From the IMG/VR virus record IMGVR_UViG_2061766007_000513: a DNA stretch of 47,281 nt; one strand, written 5' to 3'. This document shows, piece after piece, positions 9,843-18,982 of this stretch (position 1 is the stretch's first letter; every line of letters starts with the position of its first letter). The position numbers and the translations under genes were made by a program. This DNA is from an uncultured virus (IMG/VR IMGVR_UViG_2061766007_000513) (Duplodnaviria; Heunggongvirae; Uroviricota; Caudoviricetes). The notes beneath the pieces are model-generated. The model was given only the letters and a program-made list of their open reading frames with translations, searched no databases and was not told the DNA's origin.

Positions 9843-10305
9843 AAAATGTTATGATGGAATTTGTTGTGAAGATATACGAATTAATAACTGTACTTTCGAC
9901 AAATCAAATTATAGAGACTATCCTTATGCTTGTATAGGAGAACATAGTCAATTGTCAGGTAATCACAAGCACAAAAACATTGTTATACATAATAACACAT
10001 TCAATTGCAAACTAAACTCCGAATTAATTCAAGCTTGTTTATCATTTACTGCAATGGAGAATGTTAAAGTATGTAATAATGTATTCTATTGTAATCGAGT
10101 AGCTAGAATCTATTCAAAGAACTATAGCTACTTGCTATCTGGAGAGAAAGTCGAAGCTAAGTCGGGTGATGGTATTTGTGATGGTATACATATTCATGAT
10201 AATACCATTTACGAATGCACTGCTAAAACAGCTTTCCAGATTTATAACAAAAGTGGTAAAGCAAATCACAAAAATATTGTAAAAGGAGGAAACTATTATG
10301 CCTAA
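9843..10305 (+). CDS. Right-handed parallel beta-helix (pectate-lyase-like) protein, C-terminal fragment
   Basis: Repeated IxIxNNxF-type units: DIRINNCTF, NIVIHNNTF, NVKVCNNVF, GIHIHDNTI. Confidence 0.6.
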
Positions 10306-10552
10306 AATTCCTGATGCACTTTACAATTGGTTGAAGTGGATTGCACTTATTGCACTTCCTGCTCTTGCTACATTCTTATCTTTGGTATTAGGTGCTCTTA
10401 ATGTAGATCCTACTACTGTTAATACCATCGTTATAATAATCAATGCAACTGCAGGTTTAATAGGCGCACTTATTGGTGTATCTACTATTGCCTACAACAA
10501 AGACAAAAAGGCTGGTGAAGCAAATGCAGAAAGTAAGCCAACAGAAAGCTAA
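10298..10552 (+). CDS. Holin (Dp-1-like)
   Basis: 84 aa, two hydrophobic segments, YNWLKWIALIALPALATF motif, AGGAGG RBS, adjacent to a lysin. Confidence 0.8.
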   Translation: MPKIPDALYNWLKWIALIALPALATFLSLVLGALNVDPTTVNTIVIIINATAGLIGALIGVSTIAYNKDKKAGEANAESKPTES

Positions 10553-10954
10553 AAGCGGATATGTAAGCATTCGAGACTTACTTACAGTTTATGTTTGGGG
10601 AATGAATTTCTGTACGATAATCTCCAAAGAAACTATTGCTGAAGCTTACAAACGCTATCAATCAAAGAAATACGATAAAAAGTACTACGAAGAAAAACTG
10701 AAGGAAGGAGAAGGGAGACCTGGTTCTGATTGTTCCGGCGCTCACCATGAGTTATCTGGTTATGATACAACTGCTCAAGGCTATTTTGACAGGTGTACAG
10801 CAAAAGGTCCTCTTCGTACAATTCCTAGGGACCGTGTGGTACTACTGTTTAAAGGTAAATCACTCCAGAATCTTCCGGTAAGATCTGATGGAACATTCTT
10901 ACCTGATGACGCTAAGAAGATTACCGATATTAGTCATACAGGGGCATATATCGG
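10524..10954 (+). CDS. Endolysin, NlpC/P60-type catalytic domain (truncated by a gap)
   Basis: YVWG..DCSG..HTGAY motifs; overlaps the holin 3' end. Confidence 0.7.
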
Positions 10955-10964
10955 NNNNNNNNNN

Positions 10965-11385
10965 CACCTCCTTTACCATGATACTGGTTCTTGTTAGTGG
11001 TAAATTGTTTGAACATTTCTTTTAGTTCTGATACCTCATTTTGAATTTTTGCAATCTCTTCTTTATTAGGATCTTCTTTTGGTAACTCTTTCGGTTGTTC
11101 TTTCTCTACAAAATCCTCACGTTTATAAACTGTGAATATTGGACGTTCATTAGGATTAAAACCTAAAGACTTTGTATAGAAATACAATCCGTTCTGATCC
11201 TCAAAGACTAGATGAGATCCTGGTGCCACTGGCCAATTTTCAGCCTCACTTCGTTCTCTAACAAAATTATAATTATAAGTATTGTTAAAGACCTGATTTA
11301 GTTGTTCTTGCCTCTGTTGTGCTTGTAAGTTTTGATATTGAGGCATGTAATAATTTGGTTGATTGTAATATGGATTTTGTACCAT
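10965..11385 (-). CDS. Cassette protein with Q/N/Y/P-rich N-terminus (3' end at a gap)
   Basis: AAGGAG RBS; MVQNPYYNQPNYY..EAENWPVAPG..FYTKS. Confidence 0.7.
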
Positions 11386-11387
11386 TC

Positions 11388-12051
11388 TTATTTCTCCTTT
11401 CTAAAGTAGTACAACACACTCATATTGCCGCTGTCATAAGTATCAATGTAATTACCATCTACTACTGCGACAACATGACTTCCATCGCCAACTAAGTAAA
11501 TCCCATATTTATGATCTTTAACAAAGTCTTTTAAAGTGTAACAAAGTGGACAAGTGTCTTTTACTAAATATCTTATCCAATTTCTATCAACTAAATAAGA
11601 CCACCATATGGAATTATAGTTTGGATAGTTTTTCTCGGTAAATCCTTCTATCATTAAATCAAGATANNNNNNNNNNAAGCACACTCATATTGCCGCTGTC
11701 ATAAGTATCGATGTAATTACCATCTACTACTGCGACAACATGACTCCCATCACCAACTAAGTAAATCCCATATTTATGATCTTTAACAAAGTCTCTTAAA
11801 GTATAACAAAGTGGACAAGTGTCTTTTACTAAATATCTTATCCAATTTCTATCAACTAAATAAGACCACCATATGGAATTGTAGTTTGGATAGTTTTTCT
11901 CGGTAAATCCTTCTATCATTAAATCAAGATAGACATCATCCCAAGTTCTTCCTGTAGCTGTAGCAATTGCTCTAATTACACAATCATCTACTAAGTTTTT
12001 GTGTGGGTTTTCATTAATTTGTATGAAACATAGGCATTCAACTCCTTTCAT
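11388..12051 (-). CDS. Small papain-like (C39-like) putative peptidase; 3' part duplicated across a gap
   Basis: DDCVIRAI (Cys), HVVAVVDG (His), DTYDSG (Asp) motifs; start ambiguous. Confidence 0.6.
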
Positions 12052-12052
12052 A

Positions 12053-12089
12053 TAAATAAGAGCCCCTAAAGTATATTAGAGGCTCTTTT
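12053..12089 (-). terminator. Rho-independent terminator
   Basis: AAGAGCCTCTAA/TTAGGGGCTCTT hairpin followed by ATTTAT, just after the stop at 12092. Confidence 0.65.
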
Positions 12090-12091
12090 AA

Positions 12092-12526
12092 TTAACCTAA
12101 TATTACACCTTCACCGCATTCGATTTCTATTTTATATACTCTGAATGTAATAGTATCTTTAACACCAGAATCAATATATAATTTAAATCCGTCAGTAATA
12201 AGAGGTATATTATTATCAATCCAATACTGAATATTCCAAAATCCTATCCAAGTAAATGTTTCTCCAACAACATATTTACTATAGTCATCACCTTGTATAC
12301 AATCGCATCCCATAATTGCATCATAGCTTGATCCACGTTTTGTACCGACAGCATTAACACTAATGCCAAGATAGGATCCTCCTGGTGCTTTTAAACTATC
12401 AACTTTTATAGTCATTCTAAGTACAGCAATATTATTTGTATACGTTGTTATTGATGGATCAGAATATCCTTTAGTAATTTTTATACGAGCAGTGTTATTA
12501 GATACGTATAAACCATATCGTGAATT
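12092..12526 (-). CDS. Hypothetical beta-rich protein, C-terminal fragment
   Basis: Open frame from the gap to the stop at 12092. Confidence 0.5.
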   Translation of the reverse strand, partial: NSRYGLYVSNNTARIKITKGYSDPSITTYTNNIAVLRMTIKVDSLKAPGGSYLGISVNAVGTKRGSSYDAIMGCDCIQGDDYSKYVVGETFTWIGFWNIQYWIDNNIPLITDGFKLYIDSGVKDTITFRVYKIEIECGEGVILG

Positions 12527-12542
12527 ANNNNNNNNNNATATA

Positions 12543-12580
12543 TAAAAATTTCCGAGGGTGACAATTAAGCCAACCCTCGG
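12543..12580 (-). terminator. Probable terminator hairpin
   Basis: CCGAGGGT/ACCCTCGG stem followed by AAATTTTT, 14 nt after the stop at 12595. Confidence 0.55.
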
Positions 12581-12594
12581 TATAAACATAAGTT

Positions 12595-13770
12595 TCAATC
12601 TGTAGTTTTGGTGTACTGGATTATCAAATAATCACATTGAGATGTATCTCCGTTTCTCATTGTTTGTAATTCAATTGAGCCATTATTATTTCTTGCCATT
12701 ATTTCAGTGCACACATTAATATTTCCAGAAAATAAAGTAATAGCTGTTGCTTTTATAATATACTTGCAATTATTAATTGTTTCTCCTGATGATTGCCAAT
12801 AAGTATATGAAATATCAATCTGTGATTGAAAACTAATAACCTTTTCATACAACGGCTTTCCATCAATCCACGTACCAATAACCTGTTCATTCGTACTATA
12901 ATGTTTTGCTGGAATGCCACTTGGCGTCCATTTACCAGATCCTGGAGTGTCTGTGGTTTTAGTATATTGAAGAGTTAGGTATCTGCACGGAGAATCCGAA
13001 CCATTCCTTGGTGTTTGTAGCATTATTTCATCTATTTCTGGATAAGCCATTATTTCAGCATATGTTCCAGCATCAGAAACAATTTTTGTAGTGATTATTT
13101 TATCACAATTTTCTACAGTAATTCCAGATGAAATCCAACTATTAAATGGTACTGATAAACCAGAAATACCCAAATCATAAGTTCTTTCATAAATAGGCTT
13201 CCCGTCAACCCATACACCAATTTCACGTTCCTCGAAGGAATAAATTGCTGGAAAACCTTGAGCTAATTCATCAATAGCATCTTGAATATTTCTCGATCTA
13301 AGACCACTATCAGTATTATCGTAACCAACTTCATTACCATCTATAACAGTTCCTTCATCATCATCGAGCATATACAATCCATCAGGAAGATTATCAAGTT
13401 CACTTTCTGATTGTATAACATGAATATTTTCAACCTTAGTAACATCATTAATTGAATCATCACTTACAGTTAAATCAACAAACTGAAGATTAGACCTTTG
13501 AGTCATAGCCGTGCCAGCCGGATTCTTTATTGTATGACCACCACTATTATCTTCAATCCAATTAGCACTAACTGTAGGATCAGATCCAACTAATGTATAA
13601 CTTTTATTGTTTTCCTCAACAAAGACTTTCATACCTTTGTAAGGATATTCGAAGGTATTGCTAGCCGTCAAATCTGCTAACAATTTTACAATGGTTCTTG
13701 CGTCCAAAGGGGCGCCAACCTTAGGTTCTATATTCGAAGTAAGAGTATATGTCCCTTTTGTCCTACCCAT
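12595..13770 (-). CDS. Fibre/accessory virion protein with PLDAR N-terminus and two GxWxDGKPxY domains
   Basis: GGAGG RBS; internal duplication YSFEEREIGVWVDGKPIYE..LQYTKTTD and YSTNEQVIGTWIDGKPLYE..IQYTKTTD. Confidence 0.7.
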   Translation of the reverse strand: MGRTKGTYTLTSNIEPKVGAPLDARTIVKLLADLTASNTFEYPYKGMKVFVEENNKSYTLVGSDPTVSANWIEDNSGGHTIKNPAGTAMTQRSNLQFVDLTVSDDSINDVTKVENIHVIQSESELDNLPDGLYMLDDDEGTVIDGNEVGYDNTDSGLRSRNIQDAIDELAQGFPAIYSFEEREIGVWVDGKPIYERTYDLGISGLSVPFNSWISSGITVENCDKIITTKIVSDAGTYAEIMAYPEIDEIMLQTPRNGSDSPCRYLTLQYTKTTDTPGSGKWTPSGIPAKHYSTNEQVIGTWIDGKPLYEKVISFQSQIDISYTYWQSSGETINNCKYIIKATAITLFSGNINVCTEIMARNNNGSIELQTMRNGDTSQCDYLIIQYTKTTD

Positions 13771-13785
13771 TTTGATTTACCTCCA

Positions 13786-15269
13786 TTAAAATCTAATTCT
13801 TATTTGTCTTGCTCCCATATCATATCCAAGATTACATGTGTATCTCTTATAACTTACAGAAGTATCGGATGCATCTGGATGAGTAACATCTGTAATAGTA
13901 AACTCAGTAGCACATGATTCCCACTGATTAGACAATGTATTAAGTACTTCTACATTTGTTATAGTCCAACTAGCAGGTACGTCAAATACTTCAGGATATA
14001 TAGTTGTTGCTGCAGGGAACTGGAATACCTTAACTCCAGCATCAGCACTAACTAAATCAAGCTTTGCTATGGCTGAAATAGTAGCTGTATTAGCCCATAA
14101 AGCATCAACGAACTCATAGTTAATGATGTTAGTTGCAACATTTCCTGCAGGTAAAGCTGTACTATAATCTCCACCAGCAGAATCTTTAGGTTGTTCTCCA
14201 GCTCCATAATTAACACTTGCCTGGTATGAAGTTACCGATTCATCTACAACTACTGCGAATGTATTACCGGCTTNNNNNNNNNNNNNNNNNNNNNNNNNNN
14301 NCTATATCCACTAGTACCATAAGCAGGATTAATACTACCTCTATCAAATGTAACAGTCATTGTTGTACTAAGACTAGAACCTTTCTCTAATAACTTATCG
14401 CCAGTAGCACTAAGACTTGCTGAAGGAGCAACTAATGTAGGATAAAGTGTAGGGCTAAGAAGTTCAGACCACAACTCATCATAACTTGTTCCTATAGGAT
14501 AAGTAGTTCCAGCAGAAATGCCACCAACATCTTTAGAAACAGTAATTGCTTCACTGATAGCACCACTAGGAACAGTCATTGTTGAAGACTCAACCCATTC
14601 ATACGTTCCAGGAGTAGTTGTGCTTTCAACACATTTGTAGAAGTAACCATGAACTAATGATCCACTATCAGCTCCTATATACTGGTAAATCTTACCAACT
14701 TCAGCGGATGCTGCAGCCGGAAGAGTATCTACTTGCATCTTTAACTGATAACCTGATAAGTCAATAAAACCAGGTAATGTATCAAACTTATAAACTGGAT
14801 CAGCAGTTGTACCAGTATTGATAACAACTACGTTAGTTCCAGCCGGATAATCATGACCAGCACCTTCAGCGAATCTGCTATCAGTTGTAAAATCATTAGT
14901 AACATCATATACATAACCAAGTATAGAAGATGTTAAAGTTGCAGGTAGGTTTTCGAATGTACAACTACCAGCAGGCTTGTATACTCTTGATACGATCTCA
15001 TCAACTTCCTGCTTTGTATAGTAATTACTTAAATCCTGATCATCGCCAACAGCACTCCAGTTTTCTAAAGTAGTTGTAGGTTTTGCTTTAAGAATATATA
15101 CTTTAGATTCTTCTGTAACAGCAACCATCATACCAACATATGAATACTCAAATGTATTGTTGGCAGTAAGGTCTGCTTTTAATCGAACAACGGACCTAGC
15201 ATCAAGAGGCGCACCCATCCTAGGTTCAAAATTAGAAGATATCTTTAAAGTTCCTATTTGTCTTGACAT
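13786..15269 (-). CDS. Virion accessory protein: PLDAR N-terminus plus C-terminal domain paralogous to 15293..16402 (spans a gap)
   Basis: After the gap the frame reads AGNTF..YGAGEQPKDSAG..CNLGYDMGARQIRIRF*, stop at 13786. Confidence 0.7.
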
Positions 15270-15292
15270 TTTTATTCCTCCTCATTGACAAT

Positions 15293-16402
15293 TCAATTCC
15301 ACTTAACCCTTATTGTTCTAGGTCCCATGTCGTAACCTAAGTTGCATGAATATCTTGTATAAGCGACACTGCTTCCACCAGCATCACTGTGAATAACATC
15401 ACTTGTTGTGAATTCGACTGAACAATCTTCAAATAATTCATTCAAATCGTTTTTAACTTCTACTGCTGTAACATTCCAACTTGAAGGTATATCAAATACT
15501 TCAGGATTAGCAATAGAACATGCTGGAAATTCAAATATCTTTTGTTTTGCCGTAATGCTAACTAATGGACATTTAGCAATAACTGTAGGATCTACTTCAT
15601 TAGACCATATAGCATTAACAAATTCATAAGTTAATACAGAACTATCGATACTACCAGCTGGTAAAGGAGAATCATAATCATCACCTGCAGAATCTTTAGG
15701 TTGTTCTCCAGCAGCATAAGTTGCAGTACCAGTAAAAGTATTATGAATTTGGTCTAAAGCCACTTCAAAAACATTTGATATCTGAACATTTCCATTATTT
15801 ATTTTGTAACTCTGAACTTCACCAGATCTATAACCATTAGTACCGTAAGCAGGATTAATAGAACCTCTATCAAATAAAGCAGTAATAGTTTCCATCTTAG
15901 AAGTACCTTTTTCAAGCAGCGTAGTTCCACCAGGTTGTAAAGTTAAACTTGGATTAACCAAAGTGGGATAAAGCAAAGGACTTAACATATCTCTAAATAT
16001 TTTTTCGAGAAGAGTTCCTTTGTTATAGTTTATTCCACTATCAACGCCACCAACTTGTACTGATGTTAAAAGGTCTTGAACTAATATTGGAGGATAACCT
16101 TCAAATGGTAAATCTTCAACATAGTTAACACCGTCACCAATTTTACCTCTTGGAACATCTTTTAATTCATGAGTTTCTGGATCTTCTTCTTGTTCCCAGT
16201 TACTATAAATATACCAAATTCCTTTAGCGCTTTTAAAGGTTGGGAGCTCAGCCCATTCTTCTTTTGTCTTGATGACCATTCCGCCACCAGTACCCGTACC
16301 TTTCTGAGCTTCACCTCTTACTCTTCCTGTAGGAGAAATTATAGCTCCGAATTGGATAGCGGGTTGAATAACTGCTCTGAAATGAACTTCGTTTTCAGCC
16401 AC
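15293..16402 (-). CDS. Virion accessory protein (possibly Ig-like)
   Basis: 369 aa; LSPLLYPTLV..FDRGSINPAYG..GEQPKDSAG..CNLGYDMG shared with the downstream gene. Confidence 0.7.
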   Translation of the reverse strand: MAENEVHFRAVIQPAIQFGAIISPTGRVRGEAQKGTGTGGGMVIKTKEEWAELPTFKSAKGIWYIYSNWEQEEDPETHELKDVPRGKIGDGVNYVEDLPFEGYPPILVQDLLTSVQVGGVDSGINYNKGTLLEKIFRDMLSPLLYPTLVNPSLTLQPGGTTLLEKGTSKMETITALFDRGSINPAYGTNGYRSGEVQSYKINNGNVQISNVFEVALDQIHNTFTGTATYAAGEQPKDSAGDDYDSPLPAGSIDSSVLTYEFVNAIWSNEVDPTVIAKCPLVSITAKQKIFEFPACSIANPEVFDIPSSWNVTAVEVKNDLNELFEDCSVEFTTSDVIHSDAGGSSVAYTRYSCNLGYDMGPRTIRVKWN

Positions 16403-16763
16403 GTTTCTCCATCTCCTTTCCTAATGTAAATCTGGTATTTTCTACAAATGTAAAATGATTACCAGTTACAGTAACCAATTCCATACAATAGAAATATACC
16501 TTAGGATCGAGATTCTCAGTATCTTCCGGATCCAATGTTAATGTTGCTGTATTGTTCTCAAGATCAATATAACAATCTTTTTCAATGAGTAAAGGAGAGT
16601 TAACATTAAGCGCCATTCTAAATATTACTCTATCGCCATCCTGAAATGTATAAGGATCGAACTTACCTTTTTTCTCTTTGTCTTCAACTTCAACTATAGG
16701 TTCAATAAAAGCTGTATCACCTCTAGTTAAATGAATTTCTCCATTAGGTGTTATTGTTAACAT
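16395..16763 (-). CDS. BppU-N-like baseplate/fibre attachment protein
   Basis: AGGAGG RBS before ATG 16763; IHLTRGDT..LDPEDTENL..YFY pattern. Confidence 0.6.
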   Translation of the reverse strand: MLTITPNGEIHLTRGDTAFIEPIVEVEDKEKKGKFDPYTFQDGDRVIFRMALNVNSPLLIEKDCYIDLENNTATLTLDPEDTENLDPKVYFYCMELVTVTGNHFTFVENTRFTLGKEMEKRG

Positions 16764-16774
16764 CTCGCTACCTC

Positions 16775-17698
16775 CTATATTCCTAAGTATTCTGTCCATT
16801 TCTTTTTAGTTTCATCAACAATAAGATTATAATAACCATAATGCGTTCTAGGTATATTATTAACAATATTATCGATATCAATATAACTCATGTTAAGTGG
16901 AACTTTGTATCCGTTTACCCCATTTTGAATTTCTTGTCTAAAAGTTGGAATGTCAGTTACAATAACAGGAGTTCCAACAACAAGAGCTTCATGTACAGCA
17001 TAACAATAACCTTCAGCATCAGATAACTGAACTAAGTAATCTGAATCTGCTATATAATCTAAAAGTTTATTATGATCTATAGCAGGTAAATGGATTATAT
17101 CATTCTGGGATTTAGTTTTGAGTAATGTCAATCCATTCTTATCAATTTCAGTAAAATTATGCCAAATGTATCTAACGTTAGCCTTATTTAAAGCATCAGC
17201 CAATTGATACATTCTATCGAGACCTTTATTTTTGTAAATCCTTGAACAACTGATAAGATGAAGAACTTTAGATCTTTTTTTCTCATCAGTAACAACAGAT
17301 TCTATGTAAGCACAAGATCTATTAAAACGCCTAATAAATCCTCTAGCTGCGGTTTCAGAAACAGCTATAAAATGACCAGTAATATCAGGTAAGTCTCTTT
17401 TTATATCTGAATAGTCGCAATGAACTATCTTGTATTCTTTTTTAGCATTTATGTTCAATGGAAATTCAACAAAGTCAACCATATATAAAAGTATATCGGA
17501 TTCGTATTCTTTATCTGCTTTCCATATTTCTGTTTGTGCTAATATACTAAGTTCATTATTCATATCATTACGAAATATCTTTGATAATATTGTAATGTCA
17601 TAAACTGTATTAAGCATATTACAGAAATTTCTTATCCATGTGTATATACCATCTTTGTATGTTAAATGGTCTGCATAGATTATTAACGATTTGCCCAT
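16775..17698 (-). CDS. Glycosyltransferase, GT4/GT-B fold
   Basis: SRIYKNKG, DYLVQLSDAEGYCYAVHEALVVGTPVIVTD (EX7E-type motif), IQNGVNGY. Confidence 0.85.
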   Translation of the reverse strand: MGKSLIIYADHLTYKDGIYTWIRNFCNMLNTVYDITILSKIFRNDMNNELSILAQTEIWKADKEYESDILLYMVDFVEFPLNINAKKEYKIVHCDYSDIKRDLPDITGHFIAVSETAARGFIRRFNRSCAYIESVVTDEKKRSKVLHLISCSRIYKNKGLDRMYQLADALNKANVRYIWHNFTEIDKNGLTLLKTKSQNDIIHLPAIDHNKLLDYIADSDYLVQLSDAEGYCYAVHEALVVGTPVIVTDIPTFRQEIQNGVNGYKVPLNMSYIDIDNIVNNIPRTHYGYYNLIVDETKKKWTEYLGI

Positions 17699-17724
17699 AG
17701 AGTTTCGTCTCCCCTTTCAAAATC

Positions 17725-17760
17725 ACTCCTCCCTGTCGCCAAAGATGACTAGAGAGGAGT
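17725..17760 (-). terminator. Intergenic hairpin, probable terminator or stability element
   Basis: ACTCCTCTCT..AGGGAGGAGT stem followed by GATTTT. Confidence 0.5.
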
Positions 17761-17772
17761 AAACAAATTATT

Positions 17773-18971
17773 TTAAGAAACCTTTGTCCATAATACACCA
17801 TCAACATAAATATTTACATTACGAAAATGAGTAGCTATACATTGCAAACAAATTTGTAATGTATTAAACTGATATTCAAAAACTGCAATTCTATAACTAT
17901 TATTGAATGTATATGCATTTATAGAAGATGCTATATTTCTAAATACTTGATCTACAGCTTCAAATGGAATATAATATATATTATTTTCTGTTTTACCTTC
18001 TTGAATTTCAGGATTATATCCGCTTAAAGTCACTGTAAATGAATCATTAGATGAAGTTATATTAAAAGTCATTATACTTGAAACCATCATAGATCCAGTT
18101 CCATTTGTTTGATTACNNNNNNNNNNNNNNNNNNNNNNNNNNNNNNNNNNNNNNNNNNNNNNNNNNNNNNNNNNNNNNNNNNNNNNNNNNNNNNNNNNNN
18201 NNNNNNNNNNNNNNNNNNNNNNNNNNNNNNNNNNNNNNNNNNNNNNNNNNNNNNNNNNNNNNNNNNNNNNNNNNNNNNNNCTAAATTCTCTACATCTACA
18301 TAAGAGTCTGAAGGACTTATAGGCACAATAGTTCCATCATTTACTGATTCCGGTTTATCATTCTTTTTATATGTTAATCTTGCATATTCATAATCGCTAT
18401 CCGGAAGATAATAATTAACTCTTACCGTTGCATCTCCTGAATGATACTCAGTACCATTAATAAATATATGAGGACAATCACATTCAGTATAAAATACAAA
18501 TGGTGCAGGATAGTTTCCGTAAAAGTAATTCCATATATAATAATCCGGAGGTCCATCATNNNNNNNNNNNNNNNNNNNNNNNNTCCAAACGAATATGACG
18601 TTTGCCCATCAGTACCAAAAGCACACATAGGCATGTAATTACTATACAATGGTCTAACAGCAATTACATAATCATAACCAATACTCATAAGTTCTTCATT
18701 TTGTAAATATATTTCATTTGCAGATCCATCCCAAATCTGACATCCAGCAATAAAATATCCAAAAGCATCATATGCATAAGGAAGTAATACNNNNNNNNNN
18801 AAAAGCATCGTACGCATAAGGAAGTAATACTATAGAATCAAAATCTTGCTGGTAATATGCTCTCATTTTTTGTAATATTTCTTTAGCATTAAATTGATGT
18901 TCTTCGCCATAAGGTCCATATTTAAATAAGAAAGTCTGAGATTCATCTGGTTGTATAACAGTATGTTCCAT
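17773..18971 (-). CDS. Receptor-binding-like paralog 3 (three gaps)
   Basis: Reassembled across gaps: MEHTVIQP..GDATVRVNYILPDSDYEYARLTYKK..NVNIYVDGVLWTKVS*. Confidence 0.6.
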
Positions 18972-18982
18972 AATCATTCACC

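Noticed and set aside
9843..10954. Lysis block oriented opposite to its neighbours, possible invertible segment
   Set aside because: Both strand switches occur at N gaps and no recombinase or inverted repeat is visible; orientation is probably a scaffolding effect.
11410..11931. Direct duplication of ~255 bp of the peptidase-like gene, considered as a DGR template/variable repeat pair
   Set aside because: The copies abut a short N gap and differ by a few transitions in both directions, mostly synonymous, with no adenine-specific pattern. No RT is present. Typical strain-bubble scaffolding artefact.
12527..12598. N-terminus of ORF 12092..12598
   Set aside because: It runs through a terminator-like hairpin and a gap; the real start is probably missing.
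18761..18830. 30-bp direct repeat within receptor-binding paralog 3
   Set aside because: Flanks a 10-N gap with two synonymous differences; overlap artefact.
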